Below are positions 50,408 through 62,859 of a stretch of DNA of 64,000 nt, piece after piece. The first letter of the stretch is position 1; each line of letters starts with the position of its first letter. A program made the translations under genes and the position numbers. This stretch comes from Oopsacas minuta (lineage: Eukaryota; Animalia; Porifera). The stretch is from NCBI GenBank assembly GCA_024704765.1, contig JAKMXF010000299.1, positions 878,556 through 942,555 of the forward strand. The letters run 5' to 3'. The notes below the pieces were generated by a model. The model was not told the origin of the DNA, searched no databases, and saw only the letters and a list, made by a program, of their open reading frames with translations.

Positions 50408-52714
50408 CAGGGGTCTTCAACCTGCGGCTCGCGATCATAAAGCGTGCGGCTCGCGGGATAATTCTTGTTTTTGTTTATTTTGTCTTCACTTTGTTAATTT
50501 TGAAATTTGTTGTATTTTATTCAACAGATATTGTGAATATACTTAAATATTAGCACTTTTTTGTTTCTCAATTCTGGAAACTTTGATGGTGCTAAAAGTG
50601 TATAGAAGACCTTTGTTGTCTTCAGTAATTAATTTAAGCCTTCAGTCAATATTCAAATACAAACAAAAGTATAAATCAGGAGTATTGACAATATACAATT
50701 TCATTTTCGGATTTCAAATACTCTCCAAATACACATTTTTTATTATTCATTAATTATTTACGTATCCACTATGGCTACTTCTACGTCGAAAAAGCGGAAG
50801 ATACAAGAAGAAAATCGGTCATTCAAGATCGAATGGGAAATAAAGTATTTTTTCGTGGAGGACAGTGGCAAGTTCATTTGCCTAATATGCCGTGAAACAA
50901 TAGCTTCCGCTAAAAAAGGAAACTTTGAAAGGCATTACAATACCAAACACCAATCAAATTCGGTGGGAATTCTTGGGGAATCACGAAAGACTAAACTAGA
51001 CAATCTTAAAAGAAACTTGAAGAGTGAACAATCAATCTTTTCAAAAAATGATAATTCGGTTAAGTCTATCACAGCAGTTAGCTTTGCTATCAGTAATATA
51101 ATCCCGAAACGTATGAAACCATTTACGGATGGTGAATTTATAAAGGAATGCATAAATGAATTCGCTGATCAATGTTGTCCAGACAAGAAACAACTACTAC
51201 AGCAGGTATCCTTGAGTGCTACGACAGTAATGCGTCGAGTGGAATCAATTTCAAAAAATATTCCCACACAACTATTGGAAAAGACAAGTTGTTTTAGTTT
51301 CTGTAGCTTGGCACTTGATGGAAGTAAAGATATTAGTGATGTTGAGCAATTGGCAATCTGGATAAGAGGCGTTGATGAAAACTTCAACATTTCCGATGAA
51401 TTACTGTCTCTGCGTTCTATGCATGGAAGAACTCGTGGCATTGATATTTTCGAAGAGTTTCTTAAGATTGTGTCGGAAAACAACATTCCTGCCTTAAAGT
51501 TATCTGGCATTTCAACAGATGGAGCTCCATCAATGCTTGGTACAGCTACAGGGTTTAAAGGTCAAGTTCTACTATGGTTGACAGAAAATAATGTGACAGA
51601 AATATCATGGTGTCACTGTATTATTCATCAAGAGGCCCTATGTGCGAAAACACTTGGACTGGAAAATGTTGTGAAGTTGATAGTAAACGTTGTAAATTTT
51701 ATCAGATCTAAAGGAGTGAATCATAGAGAATTTAAAGAATTTTTGAAAGATCTCGATTCAGATTACGGAGATGTATTATATTTTATAAGTGTTAGGTGGC
51801 TGAGTAGAGGTGTAGTTCTTAAAAGAGTTTGGGAATTACGAGATGAAGTATCAAGTTTCTTAGCCTCAAAGGGCAAGACAGTTCCTGAATTCGAAGATAC
51901 AAATTGGATTAGCGACTTTTCCTTCCTTGTAGATATGACTACACACCTAAATATTCTAAATTCCACACTTCAGGGAAAGAACAAGTTGATTCATGAACTT
52001 TATGCCACAATTCGAAATTTTGAGATGAAACTCGCTCTATTTAAGTTACAGCTTAAAAATAACAATTTTTCTCACTTTCCAGCACTAAAGTCACAAGATA
52101 GTGCCGATGGAAACAAATATGCCGAAATTATTTCAAATCTCCAAGAAAACTTTGATACTCGATTTGGAGATTTTAGAAATCAACAACAAAGCTTTGAGAT
52201 TTTTGCACAGCCTTTCAGTTTTAATCCGCAATATGCTCCACAGGAGCTTCAACTTGAACTCATAGACCTACAGTCTAGCATAGATCTCAAGGCAGACTTC
52301 AAGGATGTTGGAGTAATTAGTTTCTATAAAACTCTTCCTTCAGATATCTATCCTGCTATTTTACAACACGCAAGAAGGATAGCTAGTTTATTTGGAAGCA
52401 CTTACACTTGTGAGGCATTTTTCTCTAAAATGAAATATATCAAGAACAAATATAGAACTAATTTGACTGATGACCACCTCCAAGACGTTCTTCGTATTTG
52501 ATCGACTGATATGAAACCTAATATAGATACCATCTTAATACACAACAAAAACAGTACCAACCTTCACATTAATATTTTACTCTGATAAATTACTCATAAT
52601 AATACAGTACTATATTAATATATAGAATACATGATCCTTAACTTTTAATGCGGCTCGCCAATCTAATACGAAATTAATATTTGGCTCATAGAAGAAAAAG
52701 CTTGAAGACCCCTG
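50408..52714 (+). mobile_element. hAT element of SPIN/GTF2IRD2 (Buster clade) type, 2307 bp
   Basis: TIRs CAGGGGTCTTCAA, perfect TSD TTCTAAAT, GCGGCTCGC subterminal repeats. Confidence 0.96.
50771..52501 (+). CDS. Near-intact SPIN/GTF2IRD2-like hAT transposase (576 aa, C-terminal tail truncated)
   Basis: CLIC...RHYNTKH zinc finger, LALD, STDGAPSM, CHCIIHQEAL, VRWLSRG and GSTYTCEAFFS. The expected terminus QYQPSH* lies downstream in another frame. Confidence 0.9.
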   Translation: MATSTSKKRKIQEENRSFKIEWEIKYFFVEDSGKFICLICRETIASAKKGNFERHYNTKHQSNSVGILGESRKTKLDNLKRNLKSEQSIFSKNDNSVKSITAVSFAISNIIPKRMKPFTDGEFIKECINEFADQCCPDKKQLLQQVSLSATTVMRRVESISKNIPTQLLEKTSCFSFCSLALDGSKDISDVEQLAIWIRGVDENFNISDELLSLRSMHGRTRGIDIFEEFLKIVSENNIPALKLSGISTDGAPSMLGTATGFKGQVLLWLTENNVTEISWCHCIIHQEALCAKTLGLENVVKLIVNVVNFIRSKGVNHREFKEFLKDLDSDYGDVLYFISVRWLSRGVVLKRVWELRDEVSSFLASKGKTVPEFEDTNWISDFSFLVDMTTHLNILNSTLQGKNKLIHELYATIRNFEMKLALFKLQLKNNNFSHFPALKSQDSADGNKYAEIISNLQENFDTRFGDFRNQQQSFEIFAQPFSFNPQYAPQELQLELIDLQSSIDLKADFKDVGVISFYKTLPSDIYPAILQHARRIASLFGSTYTCEAFFSKMKYIKNKYRTNLTDDHLQDVLRI

Positions 52715-54757
52715 TTCTAAATATATCTATGTTATAATACTCAATGGGCCGACAATTTGGAGAATAATAGATATCTCATTGCACAATGCGCCGAGTTAAT
52801 CGCGAAGCGACCTGCCAAAGGCTCGTAATATTCGAATTTAAGAAGTTAATGCGGTGTTACAGTACTCGAATACCTGTAATACTAAACGCAAAACTAATAT
52901 GATAGTATTTATATAAATGAATTATGAGTGTAGAAAAATTGGTATATTTTATTTAGCAAAAGTTAAATTTGGTGAGCTAGGAGTTCAGCTGTCCCTCCTG
53001 CCCCCTACTTCCTACATATGTCCTTACCGAGAGGTAGTGAGAAATCAGCATCCTTGGCCAAAATAATGTATCTGCGAATAAACAATAGCAAGGTACATTA
53101 ATCTAAAAGCGAACCTAGGACAGACTCATTTAAGATGACAAACGGGTATCCTATGCCCAAAATTGAAACTACTCACACACAATCAGCTGAAGGGAAAGAT
53201 TTGATCGATGAACACTCAACACTAATCTCTGAATATATATTCGAACCAGATAGCTACAAAGTCATACTAAGTGGTCTAAGGAATGAAAATGATCGCCAAA
53301 CACTATTAGAACATGTCTTCAAATGGTAAACCTAATTATGCTATGAGGCGACGGGTTTAATAGGGCCTACTCCGATTCTCTACTATTCAGACATACATGT
53401 GTGCAACGCCTATTCTAAACCAATCAAATTTGTAATTGTCTAATATTCGCTTAAGGATACATTCTGTTAGTGTAAATTTGTCGATCCTGTGTATCTTTGA
53501 TCATTTTATTATTTTTAATATTACTTTTGTTCAGCACCATTTACACAAATATTGTTGTGATTCATCAAAGTATACATATAGCTAACAACAGGCTGTACGT
53601 CGGAAACTTGGAGCTCAATCTTCATGAACATATGAGAATTATTCGTAAAGTAATTGTATCATCACATGGAAATCGAAATTTGTTAATAATTTGGTCTGTA
53701 AATCATCAAATTAGTAGAATTACTTCTTACCCATGGTGGAAGAAAATATTTTGGAAGACTTACACTCTCCGTTACGGGCTTTCACATTGAGTTCGCTTAC
53801 GCTAAATCAGTGGAAGTGAATATTTAGCTAACTTCTTTGGACATCAGGCTATTTAATATTTGAAGTACAGTAGATCTCAATTTGGGGCGAGCCGCTTGAA
53901 ATTTTGGATCTATAGAGGCAGCGTAATTAATAATATTGCTATGGGGGACAAATCTAATTAATCTTGGCGAAAATAGAATTAAAGTTCGCGTAAGTCAGAA
54001 TCGAGCTATTTAGCAAAGTGGGGTACAGAGTCTTACAAATACATCCCGGAAACCACAACCACTCTTTGGGAGATTATGCTGTTGAGTAGATTGTTATCTA
54101 ACGTGCAAAAAATAAATTATCATGTTATCCAAGGATCTGACATTTGACTAAAGAGTTGAATTTATGTTGTACGAGCAGTTTCGCTTACTTGCGCTGCGCG
54201 GTTTGCGAACATTGTCCGCATTGGACTCGGTACTTCATGCCTCATATTTACCCAAGTATGCAATTACAGAATTGAATTTGTAAATAATTATTTAGACTAT
54301 TTGTTTACTTTAATATTAATATAAACAACAATAAATCTACATCATATTAGACACTTGAAAATGACAAATTCGGATTCAGCCTACTTGATACCCCTATATA
54401 TCTGTTGATATTTTGAGATTTCCACTTTGTTTACTTTATATTCATAAAAACAACCTAAATAATATGCATATGGTTAAATTGGAAATGCGAAATTCGGATT
54501 CAGCATATTCGATTATCCCAATGTAATTGGGTTACTTTTTATATATCGTCAACGGAAGTCAATGTTATTCCCAATATTATATACACAGATCGCCTTCCCC
54601 TATTATTATAATACAAAGTGGACAAATAACAAACAAACACACAATAATTGAGTTTTAATCATATGGATGTCGTCATGTGCCTATTGGTGTTCGGATCATG
54701 ATCTGTGTACTTTTTGTTATATGCACATCCTGATATTTTAAAATCTATATCTATATA

Positions 54758-55672
54758 CTCTAAGTGGACAAAAGTATTTCAACACACAAATATATTGTCA
54801 TCAATTGTATACTCTTTCCCGCTCCTATATATTGTGTACTCTATATTCGTAGCTGCTATCTAGTAATTTGTATAGAATAACATATGTTTTTCAAGAATTT
54901 CAAAAAAATATTTTCGATTTACACTTTTTGATGGTGTTAATTATTAATAATTATTAGATAATTATTGATATTCAAAATATGTGGTAATTCAAAGCCTATT
55001 AAGAATCTATAATTTCTGACTTGATATTTGAATTCTACTTAGGCGATTTACCCCAGTTTGAAATTTCCAATCGGATTGAACAAATTTACTAAAGTTATAG
55101 AAGAATTTCAATTTGTCCTACTTGTACTACTTTTTTCAAAAAGTGGCACAGGTGGCAGGAAAAAGCGCCACTACAAGGAAAGCAACTAGGGCTAGCAGGA
55201 ATAACTCGAAGTAATATTTTCGAATGATATGACTATGCTAACCCTTGAATTCCATAATAACCTCTTGGTAGCGGCCACTTGTGCCACCTTGGGCAAATGG
55301 TGGCACAAATGGCACAAATTGAAATTCATCTATAACTCTGGTAAAATTGTTCAATCTGATTGGAAATTTCAATCTGGGGTAACTCGCCTACGTAGAATTC
55401 AAATCTCAAGTCAGAAATTATAGATTCTTAATAGGCTTTGAATTACCACATATTTTGAATATCAATAATTATCTAATAATTATTAATAATTAACACCATC
55501 AAAAAGTGTAAATCGAAAATATGTTTTTGAAATTCTTGAAAAACATATGTTATTCTATACAAATTACTAGATAGCAGCTACGAATATAGACTACACAATA
55601 TATAGGAGCGGGAAAGAGTATACAATCTATGACAATATATTTGTGTGTTGAAATACTTTTGCCCACTTAGAG
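54758..55672. mobile_element. Foldback-like palindromic element with Tc1-type ends, 915 bp
   Basis: TA-CTCTAAGTGG...CCACTTAGAG-TA, arms of about 390 bp nearly identical, central spacer about 140 bp. Confidence 0.9.
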
Positions 55673-56560
55673 TATGTATCTTTTGATTTATTATATTTTC
55701 ACACCTCTTCGGAGATGTTATAAAAATACGGCTAGAAAATTCGTTTCTACTAGTATTATAGTTCAATCGGCACGCTGATTAAAAATAGTATATTCTCAAA
55801 ATATAGTATTCAAATTTCCAAATAAGGAGAAGCTTGCTTTCAATGATTATCCAAGGTAATTCGGTCCGCTGATTCCACCTATGAATTTGTCTCCAACTTA
55901 TTGTGAATACTTCCAACACATTATGACGTCGTCTGATTTGTTACTTATTAATTAGTAGATATGTATTTCTCTAGAGCATATTGGGCATTCATGAAGTATA
56001 CCATATATGTGCATTTTCAGGAATGATAGTCAGGGATATCTTCTCATAATGTTTAATCAGAGTATGAGAAGTTGTGTGTGTGTGTACTATCTGTTTCCTA
56101 GAGGAGTTAGATGAGGTTCAAGATTGTCAAGTTATTGTTGAATATTGGCAAAATATGCATCCATAGTCACTACTCTATTTCTGGAATATATAAATATTAT
56201 AAAGACAAACTTTTTTAATGAAAATATTCTTAAATTTGTTTGAAATTTTGTGACCCTAAATGTATTAAATTCAGCTATGTATGCAATTCTTCAGATTTTA
56301 CCATCATATCATATACGCGAAGAGGTTTGAAAGCCGAAACCTCATGAAAGAGGCATTTACGATTTAGGCCCTTATGTAGAATATACTCCCTGTATACAAC
56401 TTCCTATTCAACAATTTTCATATTAAACATATTAAGTTGTAGAGTTTTCAGTCCTTAGATCAAGAAGTCTATGATAATCATCAAGGAAATTTGATTAATC
56501 GTTTATTTGATAGCTGGGGCTGTTAAATTCTAAGAGTTTTAATAGAAAGTAATTGGAGTA

Positions 56561-56793
56561 CAGGGTGTCCCATAATTATTGGCCTATTGTGTAAATGACT
56601 ATAACGTTCAAATTTCATTAATTAAATATGCTACTTTGACTAGTCCATAAAGGAAGTCGTTGTATCAAGTTAACTAACTAAATAAGGTTGGTCAATAAAT
56701 TTATGAAAGAAAATTAGACAATTCTACACTATATTAGAAATATTGATGAAATGAAACTAATTGCTGATAGGGCAATAATTATTGGGCACCCTG
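56561..56793. mobile_element. Tc1/maT-derived MITE, 233 bp
   Basis: TIRs CAGGGTGYCCMATAATTATTG, TA TSD. Confidence 0.85.
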
Positions 56794-57585
56794 TATACTC
56801 TGAAGAATCACATTTGAATACGTCAGCAAATATAGAGAGGCCAATGACATCATTGCCTATATTTATCCTAGAGATATCCCGAAAATATCGGTACATCTGA
56901 ATTCTTGCGATATTTCGATATGTTTACTTAAATTTCCAGGTCAATCTCGCCACTTTCTAGTCGAATAATACTCTAGCTAAGTTTCAAACTTCAATTAGAG
57001 CAAAATATCGAAAATATCGGGAAAATATTTAAAATATCGAGGAAGATCTTAAATATCGAAAATCTCAGTAAATATCGGTGTATCTTCCTATATTTCTCGA
57101 TATTTCCGATATATCGATATTATTCCAGCCCGATAAATCGGTGTCAACCGATGCTCACTGCTATCTTCTGGCCAGACAACCTCCCTGTAGCCTAGATAAG
57201 GCAAAGATCAAAATTAATGAAGGAAGTTTTCTAAGCGGAATTTGTAATAATGGACAAAATAGACATTTTCCATGGACATTCACGTCACAACCGTTGTTCT
57301 ACCCGATTGCTTATTTTCCTTGGTCGAATAAGTACCAATCGATAAATTTGATTAGTCCTACGAATGTCTCTATCTTTCCGTAATTGGCTATTTTCATAAA
57401 TTGTCTTCTGTGAAATCGGCTTGCCAAATAAGCCTTTCCTTTCCTTTGTTTAATTTATCTTGATATCCCCAGCTATCTCTCTCGTTCCTCTATTTGCAAG
57501 CGCTCTGCAAAATGATGCTGAATCTACCTCATATATAGTTACTACTTATTTTCTTTGTATCTTTTGCTTTAGTTGTATTTTCAAA

Positions 57586-57815
57586 ATGAATTCTTTGTCA
57601 TTTTCTGATTTTTGTTACTTGTTTTGTTGTCCCCCTTTTCCATCGAGGATAGCTTCTAAACTTGCATTTCTTCCACCAGAGAATACTTACACAATTATTA
57701 ATGAAGAAGATGGTACTACTTCTCTTCATTTATCGGATCGTTCCGAATGGCAATATTCTCACAGAGAATTAGATGGGATTGAAGTTTTTCATACTCGTAC
57801 TAGAAATGGAAATCG
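57586..57815 (+). CDS. ABHD17: ABHD17 depalmitoylase, first coding exon (remainder not found in the window)
   Basis: [35 protein letters not shown]...[15 protein letters not shown]...TRTRNGNR matches the ABHD17 N-terminus. Donor CG|GTAATA at 57815/57816. Confidence 0.92.
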
Positions 57816-58413
57816 GTAATATTTTCCATATGCGATACTCCTTTGTTGAATTATTATAGATACTGCCCCGAATAGCATATATGAATTACTATACTAATCA
57901 TTCCATAATTAATTTTCATATGGTTAGTGAACCACGTTAGGCGATGTCGAATTTTCCCCGCAATTCTGATTCAATTCAGTTAATTATCATTGCTAATGGC
58001 CTAATCTATTTTTGCTAATGGCCTAATCTATTTTTGCGGGTCTACCAACCTCTTGTGAATTTGGACCAGTGATGTTGTTTTTCGATGAAGGTAAATTATA
58101 TATAGACTATACCATAGATTACTCTACTTATGCAGCTTTAAGTAAATTTGTAACAATATATTATCCATTGTCTCTAGCGAAACTTAAGAACTTGCTAACT
58201 CTATTATTACAAATTTTTGACATTTGGTCTAGCTCTCTATATACATCATTTCTTTTATTGACTTTGGAATGATGTTCAAAAATAGCGTTCTACAGTGTAT
58301 CAAATAATGAAATACGTATTTCAAAATATTATTTGCCAAATATATGCCTACTAGACATACATTGACATATTGCCTAAATAATTTGGATATAATGTTTGAT
58401 AATTTCTACTAAT

Positions 58414-58897
58414 ACGAGCCTTTGTACCAGGTATCCATTATTCTCCATTATTCTCCATATTGACGGCCCTGAGTATTATAATATAGATATATTTGTAACA
58501 GTGTAATTCACAAATGTATATGGCATATATGTTATTGAAATATTTTGTAATTTCAACTTCCTTTGTAGTCGTTTTGAGCAAATCGTAATTATATTTTGAG
58601 ATTTGGCTAAATTGTTTACACATATTCATGAAAACAACAATAAATTTGCATATGATTAGTACTAAGTGTGAAAATCGCATTCTGCATTTTCGATATATTT
58701 AGTCGAGTTTATTGAATTCTATATACTCCCTTGATAAACAGGATGAATATGCGACAATTTCAAAACTGCATACCGTAAATCCTTACCTCGGCAACGGACA
58801 AACAAACAAACAAACAAACAAACAAACAAACAAACAAACAAACAAACAGTCAGACAGACAAACAGACAACAATTGAAATTGAGATTTAATAGTATAG
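58414..58897 (-). repeat. Helitron-like non-autonomous element, apparently complete, with (GTTT)13
   Basis: Minus-strand 5' CTATACTATTAAA, GTTT microsatellite at about 58797-58848, 3' AAAGGCTCGT. Confidence 0.65.
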
Positions 58898-58902
58898 TTA
58901 TA

Positions 58903-59921
58903 CAGTAAAACCTCCATTAGGAAACACCTCCGATTAAGGAACATCATTGCTTATGGGACACTTTTTTGAGTTCCGATTTCTCCTATCTTCAACTTTGATT
59001 TCCACTATCTTCAACTTTGATTTCTACCTTCCATTAAGAAACACCTCCCTATAGTGATCGGGCACTTTTTGTGTCCCAAATATCACTTCCCAAAAGTGTT
59101 CCTAATTTGGTGGTGTTCCTTGACAAGTGATTCGCTTTTTACGAGCCTATCATAAACTCTATGAGGTGTATGAATGTTCGTTTGTAAACATGTGCTTTCT
59201 CTTGGAGGATAGGCCCTGACACTGGGATGTTCTGGGATCAGGCTTCAATGAAGCACTCCCACACTTTCTCATTGAGATCTTCGTTTTTAGATTTTTTTAC
59301 ACGTTTAGCAGAATGATGGCAGTTTTTATCGGCCAATGTCTCAAGTTCTAGCTTTCGTTTAGCTACGTGGTCCACAACTGCACGGGAAACGCCAAACTTA
59401 GCGGTAACTGCCCGCTGACTACTTTTTCACCTTCTTTCAATATCTCTAACTTCTGTGAAGTGTCAGATTCTTTTTGGATTTTGTTGAAGACCTTTTGATT
59501 TGTTTTGAGATAGACAGACCAAAGATTTGGACAGTTTCTCATCTTCATACTGATAATACTTTATGTATGTTTACCAGACAATAGGAAATTGCTTCCTTTT
59601 CGGATAAACAATTGTCATTTCAATAATCTGTTGTGTAAAAAACTTAACAAACATCAATCACATTGATCCCTACAAACTGTGAACAAAATACAGCCCACTA
59701 ACTGTTAGGTTGATCCCCACAAATTCTGGGAAACATTTATGTTCTTTAATGGGAGGTCCATATGGATGGCTAAGTGAAATTTTGGACACAAAGGAGTGTT
59801 CCCTATTCACTATAGGGAGGTAGGCATCAATGTTAAAGCATAGCAGAAATCGGGACTTGAAATGTTTCCCTTCAGCAGAGGTGTTCCTTAATCGACGTGT
59901 TCCCTAATGGAGGTTTTACTG
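58903..59921 (-). mobile_element. pogo/Tigger deletion derivative
   Basis: TIRs CAGTAAAACCTCCATTAGG. Minus-strand HTH relic ...KFGVSRAVV...LNEKVWECF...NIPVSGPILQEKA. Confidence 0.88.
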
Positions 59922-59933
59922 AATATATATATA

Positions 59934-60373
59934 TAGAGCATTAAATGAGCGTGGTCCAATTTTGAGGAGCGGGATATGGAGCCCCCATTTATGAATCACG
60001 GGCGGAAAGTTGAGCGGTGCTCTATTTTTAGAGAGCTCGCCCCTATTTAAATTGCGAACAATTTCCAAATTCATTGTTATTCTGCATAAAATTCAGTACT
60101 CTTGATATAAATAGGGGATGTTGGTACACTTTTGTATTCTTTCACAGTTTATTGAATGGTTTGACGTTGCACATTTAGTTTTTTCCCGAATGTACAATGG
60201 TTAATTTCAATCCTGATTACTCAAAATGGTAATTTAATCTGAATCTGAAAGAATGAAAGGAGCGATTGGCGCCCGCTTCATTTGTGCTGGAGCGGTAGCC
60301 CGAGTGTGCTCCTTTTCTGAGTAAGGAGCCGAAGTGGGAGCCCGCTCCAAAACATGGAGCGCTTAATGCTCTA
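59934..60373. mobile_element. hAT-like MITE with GGAGCG subterminal repeats
   Basis: TIRs TAGAGCATTAA, TSD TATATATA/TGTATATA. Confidence 0.75.
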
Positions 60374-60587
60374 TGTATATATATTTATGTACCAAAGTTG
60401 AAATTGCTCGAACCTAATATCAGTATTCGTGGATAATAGCCTAACCGAATACCATATTATTCGGTTTGGGCCAACCGAATACTGATATTCGTTTGGTGAC
60501 CGAATATTGAACTATTTTGCCAAATATTATTACCTTTATATGCACACATACAGATTAATTGTGTTTCAAAAATCAAGATGTCTGTAT

Positions 60588-61431
60588 ATCTATACCAGGG
60601 TTTCTCTACCTATGGTCTTTTAACCAAAATTGACCACAGTGTGATCACAGATACTTTGATATTATATTTTGGGTCAAATTGAAGCTTCATGACCAAACCT
60701 GATCAAACTAGACCAACTTGAGCAAACCAGACCAAACCTGACCAACCTTGATATGGTCAGAAAAAATTCTTTACCGAAAGTGTGGTCATAGCTCAAGAGA
60801 GTTTGAGAAACCCTGGTTTATACTATTGAAAGGCAATCATCTATGTGTATGTTTGTGTATATATGTTGGTATCTCCAGGATTAATTGAAAGAAACTTGAA
60901 GACCCCAGGGCCGATATTGGCATACAAGGCTATTTTGGGCCTGGCTTGGACAATTTCGAGTCTTGGACGAAAATTCACACTTATGACAAAATAACGAAAA
61001 ATCACATTATCAGCTTGAAATTTGCATCACAGCTACCCCTTGATGTGACAAATGTTCTGATGTAGTAATTCTGACCAATAGTTAACTAATTATGATATTA
61101 TTATGTTATTATGACTGTACTAAACATTCAATTTTTTCCAAATTTTGAAAATTTTCAGAATTTCCTAATACAGGAGGCACTAAAGGCTGTGATTGCTAGC
61201 CAAAAGGGATAGCATCTACAGCGTCACCACAGAAGGCTAATGAGTGTAATTTGGTTGAGCATGCGTAATATAATCATAAAATTTAACTATTCTGTGAATT
61301 CGAGGCTAGTAGTGCCGAGTATATTCTGTAGGATAGCGACTAATAACATTAGAAAATTTAGCTTCTTAATTCTTAGGCTAACGCGGATCACCAAGCTGTT
61401 GCGGATCCACCTAACAAGTGAAGCGCGCTAG
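60588..61431 (+). repeat. Helitron-like element with a hAT MITE in its 5' end
   Basis: ATCTATAC[MITE]TATTGAAAGG start, GT-rich microsatellite, ending GTGAAGCGCGCTAG. Confidence 0.6.
60596..60815. mobile_element. Buster-type hAT MITE, 220 bp
   Basis: TIRs CAGGGTTTCTC, TSD ATCTATAC/GTTTATAC, internal short AAACCTGACC-like repeats. Confidence 0.75.
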
Positions 61432-62859
61432 TTGATATTGAGCTCGAGGGTTGCAAATTATTTGCTATTATTCAAGGAATTATTCATCCAGTAATTTGCA
61501 AAATTACTAATAATTTCTATAGGACAAAATCAGTCGAAACATAGCCTGCTAAAGATTTGGTCTGATCACTGAGTCAATTTTCACTAGACCAGGGATAAAC
61601 GGAAGTGGATATATTTTTAGGGGAAATTCTATAATCGTCGATAATTTGAGACTGGTTCATTTTCACTCGAATAATTGTATTATTGATATCCAAGAATTCA
61701 CTAAAGCCACATTTGTCATGAATTACATATCCACTGGTCGTCACTCACTAGCGTAATTGAGCAGCATGTATTAAAAATCTTTGTCTCTGAAACCATGTAG
61801 AACGTTAATTATTCATCTGTTTAAATATATTGAATTCCCAATAATCTTAAACCGTTTCTGTACCAAATGTATAAAATTTGTCATGATAAAATTGACATTT
61901 TTCTGAGTTATCACACAGACCATGGACGTCATATGTTCTTTGATATCATCTTATAGCACGATGATCGTTACAATTTGGCCAATTCAGCATAACCATTATA
62001 TACCATCCGCCTGACTTACAATATCCTTATAATACATTTTGATGTGATGACTCTTGCCATTATGGACTAATCTTGAATGTGCCCATATATTGCCATTTTT
62101 GAGATTCCGCAATAATTTATGGGTAGCACCTCAAAATATTACAAGGATATGAGAAGTTGGGTGTATAATTTTAATGGCTATCCTGATTTGACCATTATTT
62201 CCTTGTTTATCAAGTTATACGAGGATTTTCACAAAATACGTACGATCCATGGTCTGTGCCATAACTCAGAAACGTTGGAACTTTATCTTATCATTATTTT
62301 ATATTTTGTACAGATAAGGTTTTAGATCATTGTTATTTCATAATTTTGAACATAAATGAATAATTCGCGTTCTACGTGGTTTCAAAAATTGAGCATTTTT
62401 TATACACACTTACCAATTACGCTAATAGATGACATCATTCTGGTCTCAAAATTTTCATAAATATGGCTTTTTTGGATTCTTACATATCAGGAATACATTT
62501 ACTTCAGTTAATTTGTATCATTTCATATTATTCACGATTAATGGGGCCCCTGCATTAGTTCGAATTTGGAAAGTTGTTATAGATCGAATTTGGACAGTTG
62601 CTGTTCGACTGTAATTTCAGACAGTTGGCGTTAGTTCGACAGTACTTTCAGACAGTTGGCGTTAGTTCGGCAGTAATTTTATAGTTTTCATTGGAATTAC
62701 TCGTAGCTGTGAATTATATACTATTATTATTCCATTGAAAATTTGTAGGTATTCTTAAGGTTACGGATATCATTTCGCATACCTTGAGGTATTAGCCAGC
62801 TACAATCTTTCGTCGATTAGTATAAATAATACATAATAATATAATTATCAGACAACTCC

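Larger units (their letters stand above)
50255..52826 (+). repeat. Helitron-like repeat 3' half, split by the SPIN-like hAT
   Basis: 50255-50407 plus 52715-52826 are colinear with 28195-28424 and with the reverse complement of 58414-58620. Confidence 0.7.

Noticed and set aside
61520-61560. ATA GCC TGC (IAC) as ABHD17 exon 2
   Set aside because: Followed immediately by TAA, with no SHGNA or YDYSGYG downstream.
61800-62350. Degenerate inverted repeat (CCATGGTCTGTG..ATAACTCAGAAA)
   Set aside because: Probably an old MITE; ends and TSD could not be defined.
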